DNA of 63,836 bases, the filler included, from Folioceros fuciformis (taxonomy: Eukaryota): NCBI GenBank assembly GCA_049999805.1. It is 9 parts of 9 records of this genome, joined end to end, with 100 filler letters (N's around TTAATTAATTAA, not from the genome) between each part and the next. Parts side by side here need not be neighbours in the genome. Positions count along the whole stretch, not along the records: positions 7,530 to 18,275 come from JBNGIO010004384.1; positions 18,376 to 25,781 come from JBNGIO010004385.1; 7 more parts are not named here. One strand, given 5' to 3'. Both the position numbers and the translations under genes were made by a program. The notes under the pieces are model-generated. The model was given only the letters and a program-made list of their open reading frames with translations, had not been told where the DNA came from and made no database searches. Positions 12,711 through 25,881 of this stretch are shown one piece after another; the first letter of the stretch is position 1, and every line of letters begins with the position of its first letter.

Positions 12711-15700
12711 TTACTCATGACCGTCCGAAATTTGTACCAAATCCCCTACAAAATTTTCTATATCTGCATGCCCCAGTTGAATCCGGACACTGCAGAAGCG
12801 GGTGTACACGCTTTCCAGCTGTAGCAAGTTGAAGCCTTCTGTCTGCAAGACAAGCCTCTCCACTAAATGTTGACTCTGATCTTTGTCCAATAGACCACGT
12901 CCATCGTCACCATCGCCGTTTTCTAACGCATGCTCTCCGCTGATCTCCATTGTCTCTGCTGCGTTTTCCCGCACAGTCGAAGCCAAGGTTTCTGACGTCG
13001 GATTCTTGCAGCTGTCAGACTTGTCTTGGGGGTTCTCGAGATCAGCAACGCCAGCTGTGGAGGGCTCCTGCCCTAGTTGTTCGGGGACCAGCTCTTCCAT
13101 ATTGTGCGTCAGAGACTCTGGCTCCCCTGCCATTTCACCTACTGCTAAAGTAGGCAAAGCCGAACATTCAAGAGCCATCTCACCAGCAAATCCCCCTGCC
13201 ACCTCACCTGCATCCATCGTTACTGCCCAATATTAGAAAATGCTCATCACAGCCATCGTAGACAGAAAACTCCATCTCCACGTGCCTTGTTGCAAACCGT
13301 CATTGCTCGTTGTTGGACCCTTCATTGGGATGCCAGAACTTCCAAGAGAATTGGGAAGACGAGAGGTAATATTGGGTCTTTCTGTTGGCCCACCCTGGGC
13401 TGCAATGGCATCACATTGTGCCACTAAGGCAGGTTCCAACTGCGAAAGCATTCCCTGCACCTATAGAAGGACGAATCTCGTTCATTCATGGTCAACTGAA
13501 ACTGTAGCAGCTTTAAACATGGGAAAACAGGAAATTAAATTATACCAAATCACGAAGAGCACATGCTTTACTGTAGATTCGATTAGTTGTGTAGTCATTA
13601 CCATTGTACGCCTGTCACATGTCAGAATGTAGAGTTAGAATTGGAATCTTAAACACGAAATCTTCCAACGGCAGGAAGCTCTCACATACCTTAGCATTGG
13701 CAGGAATTAGCTCCACATCTTCCACAAATCTTTCACGTGTCATGTAGTAACCAGAGTCGACTCGTTGCAATAACGTGGCTACATCCATGGGAGTTTTTAC
13801 GAACTTGCAGTAATCTGGTGCGTCTTGATCTGTCACTGGATAGTGGAACACGCTGAAGTGCTTTTCATGAAGCAGGCTACACCCAACAAGAAGAAAAGTC
13901 AGTTCCACTCAACACACAATCTCGAAAGGGACACAAAATAATGTGCAGTTACTCGGGCTCATCACCTATTGCAAACGTCCCTCAGACACATGCGTAGACG
14001 TCGAACAGCATGTTCCTCAAGGTCTGCCCGTGCAAGCAGTTCAGCCTCGCTTGGACACTTCTCTACAACAGGCGCCTTCGGAAGGGTTGGGAGCGGGGCC
14101 TTCTGCTTCAACTTCTTCCTTGACTTGCGATGTGAGAGTGCAGCTGCTGATTCTATCATATGAGAAAACAACGTCCTTCTATCTCCTGCTGAAGGAATCT
14201 TCAACTCATACCTGAGAGACGTGCAATCGAGAACATTAAATTCTAACTCTCTTCCTCTCAAAAGATGGCTTGATATCAACGACTCCCAAGTTAACTAGCT
14301 AGCAAGCCAACTTACACAGAGTGACCAAACATGCCGAGGGCTTCCTGATCTAATTCCTTGGGAGACACTGATGCAGTGCCTAATAGTAGCACCGGAAGGT
14401 CAGGAGGAACCTCGTACAGAAGCATTAACAGGACTGCACGTAGCTGGTCATGTGCCTGCGTGATATCACTCAACCTTGTTAACATTCCCTCTTCGGTTCT
14501 AACATTTGCATTATCAGTCAAGCAAAAGTCCAACACAGGCCAGTTCATCTCTCCTCTGCCTTCCATAACATTTCAGGAATGGATGTATTTTCCAAAATAG
14601 GTCTGCAGTTTCTTACTGTTTCCCACCAAAGCTGTAGCTGAGGGAGATACAGAACCGATGGAGTACACCGGCGAGCCTCTTGAAAAACGTGAACCAGCGC
14701 TTCTTCAGGACTCTTCGCACTAGCATCCGATAGCAATGCAGGGAGGCTGAGAGAGTGGACGGGATATTTTTCCAGCTCATGAAGAACTGCTGGTCCGACG
14801 TAGTCCTGTCAGTTCCACCAAACAGGAGTTGTAGCTCAGGCATTGCAAAAACAATGAAGCGGAAAGGGAATTGATTGATAACTCACCAAGCCAGTTCCCT
14901 CGACACCGCACACCAAAAACCTTGGTCTGTACACACGAGACACTGAAAAGTTCCGAAATGAAAACAGCCTAGCAAGCTGTTCACCAGTTTCTTCCTCGTC
15001 AGAAGAAATGCCACCATCGTTACCCTCTAGTGAGAAGATTTCGTTAATGCCACTCATGATAGCCTTAACTTGCCCTAGCAAACATGAAGCGACCTGCATA
15101 GGCAAAGGCCGAGCAAGTACAAGAGCTCCTCTGTGTGCAGCAGGTGTAATTGAAGACATAGCTTCAAGGAAGTGTCGCTTTCCAACCTCAATGGAATCCA
15201 AGTCCAAAACATACTGCTCATCATTTGTGTATACTTGAGGATACTTCCTTCGGAAAGCTCTGATTGCCGCTTCGGTGCATAATGCCTTCAAGTCTGCCCC
15301 ACAGTAGCCCACACAGGAGGCTGCGAGTTCGGCCTTCAGTTCCTCTGTAGGCGGAACTACCCACTTCCTGGTGTGAATGTCCAGAATTTCTGCTCGAGCT
15401 TTCAAATCAGGTAACGGAAACACAAATTCTCTATCAAATCGACCAGGCCTCCTCAGTGCACTGTCAATGGCATCAACCCTATTTGTGGCACCAATTACCA
15501 CGACCTGCCCCCGCGAATCAAGGCCATCCATCAAAGCCAGTAACGTTGACACAATGGAGTTATGAATCTGTTCCTGCTTGCTTGAGCGCACTGGCGCCAG
15601 GCCATCTATCTCGTCAAAGAATATAATGGAGGGCTGACAGCGTTGAGCTTCCTCAAACAACGCTTTGAGTTGTCTCTCAGCTTCTCCTACCCATTTGCTC

Positions 15701-17648
15701 AGCACATCGGCACCTTTACGCATAAAGAAACTAACTTTTTTCCCTGCCTTTGATGCTTGAGCAGCTAGAGCCCGAGCCACCAAAGTTTTGCCAGTGCCAG
15801 GTGGCCCACAAAGCAGAACCCCTCTTGGTGGAGTGATATGATGGTTAGCAAAAAAATTAGGATACATCNNNNNNNNNNNNNNNNNNNNNNNNNNNNNNNN
15901 NNNNNNNNNNNNNNNNNNNNNNNNNNNNNNNNNNNNNNNNNNNNNNNNNNNNNNNNNNNNNNNNNNNNCATCAAGGGAAAAAATACCATCTCCTTTAGAG
16001 AATAAATGTAGTTGGACAGACCACCAATCTGGTCAAAACTCACCGATTCATCCACAACTACTGGCTGAATGTCAGCCCCTCCTTTGGAAGTCGGTCCTGC
16101 AGTTTGAACCCCCGCTCCGCCGCCGATGGAGCCCCAATGATCAGTTTGATTTGGAGTTCCCCATGCTGTACCAGCTGCGTTCAGGTTCCAACTTGCAAAG
16201 GCACTCATGTCCCCAAAACTCCCAGGAGGAAGGAAGGGAAGGCCAGCAGAACGGCATGATCGAGCCCATGTACCACCAGGTGCCTGATCCATCTCGTCCA
16301 CAAGGAGAGAGTCGTCAGAATCCCCAGCTCGTTGTCTCTTAAACCCACGCGAGCTACTTGTTCTACCTTCCCGGCCTCGCTTCGTACCGGTCCCTGCGTG
16401 ATACAGTTTGCGAGGAGATCGTGCACGAGAGGCCTGCACTTCTCTACGTGGCGAGAAACGCTGCACCTCAGTTCGGCTCCGTAGAGCATAACGACGCCTG
16501 CCATCCCCCTCATCGCCTTCATCCTCCTCTTCTCCCTCCTCCTCTTCTCCGTTATCAGCTAACTCTCGATCATTCCCGTCCTGCTTCAATTTCCCTTCTT
16601 GCTCCTTCTGCCGAGCCTTCTTCCGCTCCTCTTCCTGCTCATCCTCCTCCTCTTCCTCCTCCTCACCTTCTACCTCCATTTCATCGTCCTCTTCCGAGGA
16701 GGTCTCTTCCTGATCATCCGAATCCTCGTCCTCCGAATACTCCTCCTCGGACAGATATTCCTTTCTCTTAGTCCTACTTTTCTTGCGAGGCCGCAGACCT
16801 GCCCTCCTCGGAGGCTCTTTCCTGCGCAATTTCTTAATCGACCGAAAGCCATGTCTCCTGGACACCTGCACAGCTCCGACTGATCAGCCCCGCCATACCC
16901 GGCCATGCAGCCATTCTCCAAAAACCACCGTTCAGCATACCCACCCTCACAGGTCGGGCCTCGTCCTCACTGTCGGAATCCAGCCCCATGTACGTCGAGC
17001 GTCTCTTTCTGGTGGACCGACGAAGGCTCGTCCCGTTAGGCTGCAACAGAGCAGAGGCAATCAACTCAATCGGCAACCTGACAACCTGGTCCTCGCAGCT
17101 CACAAGACACAGCCATGTTACAAAACGCAACACCGTACCTGCAACGACTCCGCCGCCGCCGCCGCCGCCGCCGCAGCATCAGCAGCATCTTCGGACTGGC
17201 CCCGATCAGATTGCGCCGTTTGCCGGGTCATGTTGTTCTGGCAGCACACATGGAGGAGGAAATCAGCAAAAAAAGAATCGTCTCCCTACTCTGGTACTCC
17301 GTTGCAGGAAGGCTCCAGCCGACTAGCCGACATGGCAAGCTAACAATGCCGTGGCAGGAGCACGCAGACCAGGCCTGCTGGCTTGTCCTCCATGCACTTC
17401 CGTCGGGCTGGCTCGAACCTCTTAGCGATCTCGGAGGCAGGGGGACGGCCCTTACCCTTGCCCCTGCCCTTGCCCGTCACCTTGCCAGCAGAGTAGCCAG
17501 GTTTGTGGAAGTGGCCGAGGCCAAGGGCGCGGGTGCGCAGGCGTGTGATGTGCACGTCGCTGGTGGACGGAAGCGGGACCGGAACCGGAAGGGGGAGTCC
17601 CCGCTGCTCAGCCAAGCCCTGAGGATCCCCACGTCCCGAATCTTCCAT
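12711..17648 (-). CDS. ATAD2: ATAD2/Yta7-family AAA+ ATPase with bromodomain (BRAT1/At1g05910-like). Exons ~17648-17370, 17040-16951, 16865-14887, 14805-14617, 14455-14316, 14211-13966, 13876-13690, 13611-13546, 13460-13286, 13222-12711
   Basis: Walker A GPPGTGKT, FFMRKGADVLSKWVGEAERQL, Walker B IIFFDEIDG, degenerate second AAA domain, bromodomain (FHYPV..DAPDY..PMD..NAKAYN), acidic N-terminus. The 15869-15968 gap has overlapping flanks (FFPLM/MYPNFF). Confidence 0.93.
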
Positions 17649-17952
17649 AGCTTCCTTGCTCACGGCTTGCTACCTCGTAGCCCGCAGGTGATACTCGTAC
17701 CAAATATAAATTTGTCAAGCCCAATTCCCATTCCTGCTGCCTGCGTTATGTCTGGTCTGAACCTACATACTAGAGTAGCATGTAGATGTAGGTAGGTGAG
17801 TTGGCAAAACCAGACTTACTAGAGAGACAGGAAGACGAACTTAGTATGGCTTGGTCCTTAACGGGCGTAGGTGTGGCTTTCTTCGTCTTCGTGCTGACCA
17901 TCTTTCGTCATTCACTTCAATTTTTTTTAAGACATCACTTATCTCCACATAT

Positions 17953-18275
17953 AGTAACACCCCCTTCAACGGGGTGGGGCAGAACCACGCAGTTAGAAGC
18001 CAAAGCAAGGGTAAGTTTTAAACTCCGGACACAGCACTAGGCCTCCAAGTAGCCCGCCCTCCTCTTCTAGGAGGACTCGCAGCCAGCACCCTTGCTGCTG
18101 CTCTTTATTCAAATCACGAGTCAACAAGAACATATAGAGCTGGAGGGCTAGAGAGAACTCCCCATCTTTGCCTAAGCTAGGAGTTTAGCTCTCCCTTCTC
18201 TTCGCCTCCTCCCACAGCTCCTTCACATCACCTTTCATGTGCTCTCACAGCCCAAGCAACACATGCTCTCAAGGC
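17953..18275 (-). mobile_element. LTR (3' part), same family as 12046-12547, truncated by linker
   Basis: Reverse complement of ~12237-12547, with a small insertion. Confidence 0.8.
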
Positions 18276-18375
18276 NNNNNNNNNNNNNNNNNNNNNNNNN
18301 NNNNNNNNNNNNNNNNNNNTTAATTAATTAANNNNNNNNNNNNNNNNNNNNNNNNNNNNNNNNNNNNNNNNNNNN

Positions 18376-21183
18376 AGGCTTACGAAAATTGGTTCTCTAT
18401 TCGTCATGAAACACTTACAATCAAAGAACGGGAGCCTCTGACTCAAGTTCTTCGTTCTACTTATATAGGATGGCAGACGACTTCCTACCTACCACTAGCC
18501 GCGGCCAGCTTTAACTACGCACACCTACCAAGTGGCTAAGACCTACCAATAATTGCGAAGGCAATGCGCGCCGATGAAGATTAGGACTATTGGTGCCGCT
18601 ATAGAAGATTCGTTGACCCCCTTTTTCAAAAAGGTATGGCTAGGATGGCTCTTGAAGGGAGGTAGAGTCTGAAGGTTGAGCCATTGGACCCCCCTCCATT
18701 ATTGGGATTCGTCTTCTTTTGGATCCGCAAGCTTCCACCGTACCTTCCTCTGTGTGGATCTCTTAGGCTATCCCTTCACCACCACCTACAAGTTTAGTAG
18801 GGGAGGGTTCCCCTTGTTCCTCAACTTGAGGCTCCTTCCCTACGTAGGGTGGGAATGTTCCCTCCGTAGGTAGGTACCTACCATTCCTACCCCTCCTCTC
18901 GTAGGTAGGTTCGCTACCCCTCCTCTCGTAGGTAGGTTCCTTACTCCTCCTCTCGTAGGTAGGTTCCCTACCCCTCCTCTCGTAGGTAGGTTNNNNNNNN
19001 NNCCTCCTCTCGTAGGTAGGTTCCCTACCCCTCCTCTCGTAGGTAGGTTGCCTACGGGAGTAGGTACCCCTTGTTGCGTGCTCTTCCTAGCCCATAGCAG
19101 CTCCTCAGGTTCCCATTGCGAGCTCTCCAGGTCCATACTGTTGTCCTCTTGAAAGTCTGTTGGTAGAGGCACTGTCTCCAGGGCCTCATGGTCGTCATCA
19201 TGTGGCCCAAGATACCTTCGCCTTGCCAATGCTACCAGTTCCTTGTGATGAGCGGGTAGACGTTGGTGTAGGTGGAGGTTACGATTCTGTTGAGCTAGAT
19301 CTATGGTATCCATGTCAACAACCCAATCCCCACCCTCGCATCTACTCTTGTAGATATCCCGTTCAGCCTCCATCGCCCCTACCTTCAACTGTAGGTCAAG
19401 GTTTTCTTGATGAGTTGCATGAAGCTTGGTCATGCACCCCATCAAGTAGGCATAGTCAGCACGAAACCTACGAGCTCGAACCACCAGCATCCTGTGAATC
19501 TTGGTCTGATGCTCAGCTTCTTGTTGTGCTTTCTCCTGCTGAAGGTCTTCTAATTGGAAGGTCAATTGTTCCCTCTCCACTCGCACTCGTTGCCCTGCTT
19601 CAAGTCGTTGCTGGAGTATCTGGTTTGCTTTAGCATTTTGTGCCTCCAACTCATCTAGCTTGCAACGTAGACTTGTTCCCGTAGCTATTCCTCCACCACC
19701 TTCCTAGTTTCCTCAGATTGGGCGAGGTCCCTTCCACATGCAATGATCTCATGTGATAAACCTTGTTGGGAAGTTTGCAACGTGGTCACCTGCTGGGTCA
19801 ACTTCTCTAGTCCTTGCCTTTGCTCACCATCCTTGAGGAGATACTGTTCTCACTTCTTTTCCAATTCTGCACTTTGGATTCTAGTCGTGCCTGGTTTGCA
19901 TCCCGACTTATGTCCTCCTGTAGTAGGGTTGCAACCATTGCACGGGCCTCTCCCCAATTGATGTGTTGTAGCTGTTGGCCACACTGAATGATGTTGCTCC
20001 ACACTCCCAACAAAGAACCGTTACCTTGGCTTGTGGTGTGTGCTCCTTGGGCTGCTTCCCAATTCACTGGGCTCCTTCTCCCCAAATCTGGTGCTCCACT
20101 GTGTGCTTGCACTACTAGTGTCATCGCCAAATCCCCTACCTAGTACCCTACCTCAACTATTGGCTGGCTTGGTCCAGGATCCCAATACCATCGCTCTCCT
20201 CTTCCGACCTACCATACACCTGTCGGATGCTCCGGACAGTCCAACATCCAGGGTCAGTCCTCGCGTTTCGTTCAGGTAGGGCTTCCAACTCCTCCTTCGA
20301 TTGCTGTAGGTTGGTATAGCACTTCTTCACCAAGCCTTCATGAACATACGACCAGTGTCTGCCATATATCCAGTCAAGCTGGATGTTTGCGTCACATGCC
20401 CAAGTCCGTAGGTCTATCAAATCCCTTGAGTTCAGTTAGCCCCCAAAGCAAGAAAAGGACGGAACATTGGTTTGGGGAGAGCTGGCTGCCCTCGTGGGTC
20501 GTCCCCTACTACCGGAACCCACCTGAGTATTGTTGGAGGTCCGCGCCATAGTTGATAGAAGAAAACCACAAGAATGTCGGTTGCCCTCCTTTACGCAAGG
20601 TTATACCCCTACCTCCGTAGGCAACTGCTCCCAGCTTCTGTGCAGCTGATTTCACATCCCTTGCACGTTTCTCCCTATGGCTCTCACCACAGCAAAGCCC
20701 TTTCTCTCTCTTTGAGTCCGCTTGGTCACAACAAGTAGGTCCCCGGCGTAGGTGTCTTGTCGCACAACTACTTCCTTATTCCCCGCTATGTAGGTAGATG
20801 TAGTTCCCTACGTGGAGGTGAGCACCCTTCGTTGATGGGACACCTTAGGTAGGGACCCCTTTAAATACCCTCTTGTCGTAGGTATACTTCTATATGTAGT
20901 GACTGCCCTTAATAGATACCCTACATAGGTGTCCCCTTTTCTGTAGGTAGCTTGCCCTTCACAACTATATTTCTTATTTGGGTACTACCTCCCACAGAGA
21001 TATCCTCCCTATGTGGGCATACCTCCCTATAGGTAGCCATCCCAAAGAAGGTAACTTCTTTATAATACTACCCCTTATTATCGCCACTCATCTAACCTAC
21101 CAAACCAAGACCAAACAAAACTGAAAATGTTATTAGCCGCTCCCTACCTACTGCGGGTATTTGCCAAAAACCCGCATTTCACA
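18376..21183 (-). mobile_element. Gypsy-derived segment with the accessory coiled-coil ORF (ATG ~20549, stop ~18640, internally deleted), inserted into a Copia
   Basis: 18376-20185 is the reverse complement of ~530-2218. Begins TGTGAAATGC where the Copia RT frame (WKLVDLP) breaks. TATTTAAA at ~20865. ORF starts MARTSNN. Confidence 0.75.
18890..19060 (-). repeat. 27-bp in-frame tandem repeat encoding NLPTRGGVG, ~6 copies
   Basis: Expanded relative to the single unit in the + copy at ~1680-1710. Confidence 0.85.
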
Positions 21184-22013
21184 ATGGCAAATCCACTAAC
21201 TTCCAAGTATTGTTCTTGATCAAGGATTGATACCCATCCTCTACTGATATACACCACTTGTCACCATCAGGGCGAGATAGCACTTGCTTCAAACTGATTG
21301 GCTCATCAGGGATGACAGCAGCAAGTGATGTGGAAGTGTTGCGAAAATCTATAGACTCATATGGAGGCTCAATCCACTTGGCTCTAGGTGGTCTTTGGCG
21401 GGTGGATCTGTGCAACTCAGGTTCTGGTGGAACTTCTACAACCTGTGGCGGTATGACGTCTAGCTCTAAAGCAGGTTCATGGTCATCCTGAATAAGGTCA
21501 GGAACTATATCTTCCATGAGAGGTTCAGGGTCATGTGCAAGGCCATGCTGGATATCCTGTGCATCTAAAACAGGCACAGGGTTAGCTGGCAACTCATCAT
21601 CTTGTGGATACATAGCAGGTACCTTATCAATGTCCTGCTCATCATCATGATTAGCTAATGGATGTGCTCCCTCTGATGATGTTGCCGGTTCACCAAGAGC
21701 ATAGCTAGGTTTAATGAAAGTGCCGCTACGAGCTAAGGTTAGAGAGTGAGTAACCGAATCATAGAGCTTGTATGCCTTGGCAGTCTCGCTGTATCCAACG
21801 AAAACAAGGCCCTTGGCTCTCATGTCAAGCTTCCTGCTCTTTTCGGAAGGGATATAAGCGAATGCCTTAGCTCCAAATACTCGAAGATGAAGTAGGCTAG
21901 GTTTACGCTTCCAGAATACCTCATATGGTGTCCTTCCATGTACAGCACTGGTGAGCACCCGATTAAGAATGTACATCGCAGCAACTACGGCCTCTGCCCA
22001 ATACCCTTGAGGG
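21184..22013 (-). mobile_element. Ty1/Copia fragment (integrase C-terminus, linker, RT start)
   Basis: YWAEAV..YILNR, TPYE..KPSLLHLRVFG..FVGYS..KAYKLY, EP....W....SLIKNNTWKLV. Confidence 0.9.
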
Positions 22014-25000
22014 TATTAAGGGTAATAAAAGATATCCTAACACAGATTAACCAATTATAACCTACTGCTAGTTAGGTTAAAGTGAATAAACACTTTAGTA
22101 AGTATTTAAACATGCACGATTTTGTATTTTAATCAATTCATTCAATGTTTACAACAAGGTTCCGCTTATTATCATGGTATCAGAGCTCTGGCTCTTTGAT
22201 CCATGTTGCTCAGTTGTTCATAGATTTAGGCTACTCTATAAAATAGAGCAGATGTTGTACTCTTGATGAGACAAGGTGTCTTTTAACATAGCTTAGTGTG
22301 CATTCATTTATGCACGCTGAGCAATGTTGCAATGTCCACTAGATAGCATTTGATGAGTCTAGCTATGATGGGATCATTATACATATTAGACTATGTTGGT
22401 CCCATCTGACTAGCAGGGATGACGCGTAGGTCTAGAAATAGGCATCATGTTTCGTGCGTAGGGAAATTTAAAACTGAATTGACTTCTACCACAAACAGAT
22501 ACCTTGAGGATTCTTCAAGCAGAATCTCAAGACAAATCTCACGCAAGGCATTCATCTCCATAGTATCTCAAGTGAAGATATCATGTGGTGAAAGATATCA
22601 TGTGGTGAACAAAGGAATCAGCGTTCCTGTATCTGTTGTGCAAATTTGTGTCCAAGCTCAAGATGAGGATTAGCAAGACAACCATCAAGAGTGTTGTCAC
22701 CCTATGAAGATGAAGATTCGATCCTAAAAGTGACTCGTTCAGCAATTGATGGTTGCATTCGAGACACTATGCTTCTGTTGTTCTAAACAAGATCAGATCT
22801 CACCCTTCAGATGGATTCAGCAATTCGAATGATTGCCGCTCTCACGGAGGATCTGTGCCTGCAATTTGAGACTTCTTAAGTGCAAACTGTGACTTTTCAG
22901 AGAATTGCGCATTTTCTCAGAGTTTCAGACCCAGGACTCTTGCTGATGGATTCTCAAACTGCCCTGTACTTACCAACGTTGTCGCCTCCGATTCACGAGC
23001 GCGATGCTTTAGAGGCGGCATGATTAGATTGGTGAGAGGTGTGCTACAGCTGGAGGTGGACAAAGCTCACCACTCCAGGCGCTATTTGCAGCCAGCCACC
23101 AACAGGCGCCTTGCACATGACTTACGGTTGGTTGTCATGTACACGTAGGCACATTGCTCCTAGATTGTGTACACCTGTCATGAACATACAACTTGTCATA
23201 TCCTTAAACTTGTAAGTTAGGGCACCTTTGGTGTTTCTAGGGCTCACTTGCTTACCGTTTCGAATCTCCATGTCGTTTTGGAGTGGTGTTTTGATTCTGA
23301 TTTGTTGTTGATTTGTTTTTTGATAAGTTAATAGCCTGCAAACATTTGATGCGTCCACGTATTCTCTGCATGAATGCATAGCCATTTTCTGTATGTTAGG
23401 TCTCTCACTTCTCTTTGAAGAGACTGATAGTGATCCTGACACAGACCCAGAAACAAAGGCGTCATTTTTGCAGTCTCTAACTTCTCAATTTTCCTCTATC
23501 GTTGCTCCTCCTGCACCTGTTTTCCTTGTTGTTATTGCACAAATGACTACAATATAGATTGTATCTTTCGGAGGCGAATTCAAGGAAAAAGACCATTTTG
23601 ATGGTACACATACCAAGTATGAAAGCTGGGCGAGCTAGGATGAAGGCATTCCTAGATGCTCGTGATGTGTGGGAGTATGCCAATGGCTCGATTCCTGTTC
23701 CTGCACCGACTGATCCCCAAGATGTTAAAGACAAGTTTGTCAAAGGGAACAAGGTGGCCTTTGCTATCATACTTTCAGGCCTTGGAGAAACTACAGTTAC
23801 AGAAGTTGAAAGCTTGCCTATAGCTGCTGCTGTGTAGGAGCAACTTAAAAAACACTTACCAGGTTCAAAATATATTGACGCTGGTCTCTGTTCGTAATCA
23901 ATTCTATCGCTTGCGTTTGAAGGAAGGGGATAGTTTGGGAGCACATATAACCAAGTTTCAGTTGCTGAGGGCACAGCTTGCTACGCTCGGCAACATAATG
24001 TTTGAAGTGGATGTTGCTTGGCAGTTTGCCTCCCACCTATCAAACCTTCATTTCTAGACAAAATGCTGCTCTTCAGTCTTCATATATTGTTGTTGCTGCT
24101 AGTCAACCAGTGACTATCAACCTCAACAATGTGACTGGCGCACTCCTGCAAGAGGAGCAAAGCCATCACAGGTCTGGATCCAGTTCCAGAAATCGAGGTG
24201 AAAAATTGCTCTTGGCAGCCAAGGGCAAAATGTTTGGGAAGGGGACGGATAAAGGAGGAAAGAAACCTACCTCCATTTTATCCTCGACTGCCAAACAAGT
24301 TGGCACTTGCCACTGGTGTGGCATTCCTGGACATTGGGAGTGCGACTGTCGAAAGAAGCAAGCAGGTGATCCAAAGAAGGACGTGAAAGTATCACAAGCT
24401 CATGTTGCTGTGAAGGACTCAAAGTTACCTTCACACAAGAGTGCTGCAACAGCCTTGACTGTGCGCTTCACTGCTACACGTGAGCTTTCATCACTGTGGT
24501 TTATTGACTCAAGTGCCTCTGCACATGTTTGCAACAACTGGCAGTTGTTCACAACTTTCTAGAACACAACCTCACCACCACAGTTAGTTTATATGGGAGA
24601 TGCTCAAGGAGTTGCAGTTAAAGGTACTGGGCAGGTGGTCATACCTTTAATGAGTGGAGGAACACTTCAGTTGGAAGATGTCCTCTATGTGCCCTCCATG
24701 TCGAAGAACTTGATCTCCATCCGAGCAATTACAAGCAGTGAGTTGTATGGTTTCCATTTTGAAGCTAACCACTGTTACATTTACAATTTAGATGATTCAA
24801 ACCATCATGTAGCTGAAGCTACATTAGTTGGTGACCTGTACCAGCTGTTCACTACATCCAAGACGTTAGAACAAGCTTATGCAGTAACTTCGATGAATCA
24901 GGCTAAGTTGTGGCATGCTAGATTAGGTCATGTAAATAAAACCAAACTTGACCTTATGTCAATGTTAGATTGTTATAGAGAGAAGTTGCCGTCATGCTTC

Positions 25001-25781
25001 AAATCACTTCCTGTTTACAGTTCCTATGTCCTGTCCAAACAGAAAGAACTACCCTTCAAAAATAGGAATGCCACAAGGGCAACATCCTTGTTAGAGTTGG
25101 TACATGCTGACATAGCTGGAAAACTGCAAATTAAGTCATTAGGAGGTGCTGAGTACTATCTAACAATCACTGATGATTATTCAAGATACACTTGGACTTG
25201 CCCATTGCGACACAAAAGTGATGCTTTTGATCAGATTTCATCCTGGATTGTCATGGTTCAACGCCAAACTGGCTGCCTGGTAAAATGCCTAAGAACAGAC
25301 AATGGAGGTGAGTTTGTTGGCTACAAATATGATGAGCTGTTTAAAAAGTGTGGCATCATTTGCCAACTGGCTGTACCTTACACACAACAACAAAACGGTG
25401 TTGCTAAGCATAAGAACTAGACACTTACGGGCATGACTCGAAGTATGCTATCTTATGCAGGATTACCTAAAAAGTACTAGGCTGAAGCCATTACTACTAC
25501 AATATATATACTGAACAGGCTACTTACATCTGCTGTTCGATGACGGACTCCTTATGAAGTGTTCTGGGTACGTAAGCCCAGTATAAATCACTTAAGAGTA
25601 TTTGGATCATTTGCCTTTGTATATGTTCCTACAGGAAGAAGGAAGAAGTTAGATGACAGGGCAATTCCTTACCTTTTTCTTAGGTTACTCTGAGGAGAGT
25701 AAGGCTTACAACTTGATTAATCCTCAAACTCATAAGGTGGTGCTCGCAAGAAGTGTCACGTTTTGTGAACTTACCTCTCCT
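22014..25781 (+). mobile_element. Ty1/Copia element: 5' LTR ~22014-22174, PBS, gag, protease, integrase (decayed)
   Basis: tRNA-iMet PBS TGGTATCAGAGC at 22175-22186. CHWCGIPGHWECDC knuckle, WFIDSSAS protease, LWHARLGH, LELVHAD, LRTDNGGEF. Confidence 0.92.
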
Positions 25782-25881
25782 NNNNNNNNNNNNNNNNNNN
25801 NNNNNNNNNNNNNNNNNNNNNNNNNTTAATTAATTAANNNNNNNNNNNNNNNNNNNNNNNNNNNNNNNNNNNNNNNNNNNN

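Noticed and set aside
15869-15968. Frameshift or split in the ATAD2-like gene
   Set aside because: Gap flanks overlap by GATG and join to FFPLMYPNFF; scaffolding artefact
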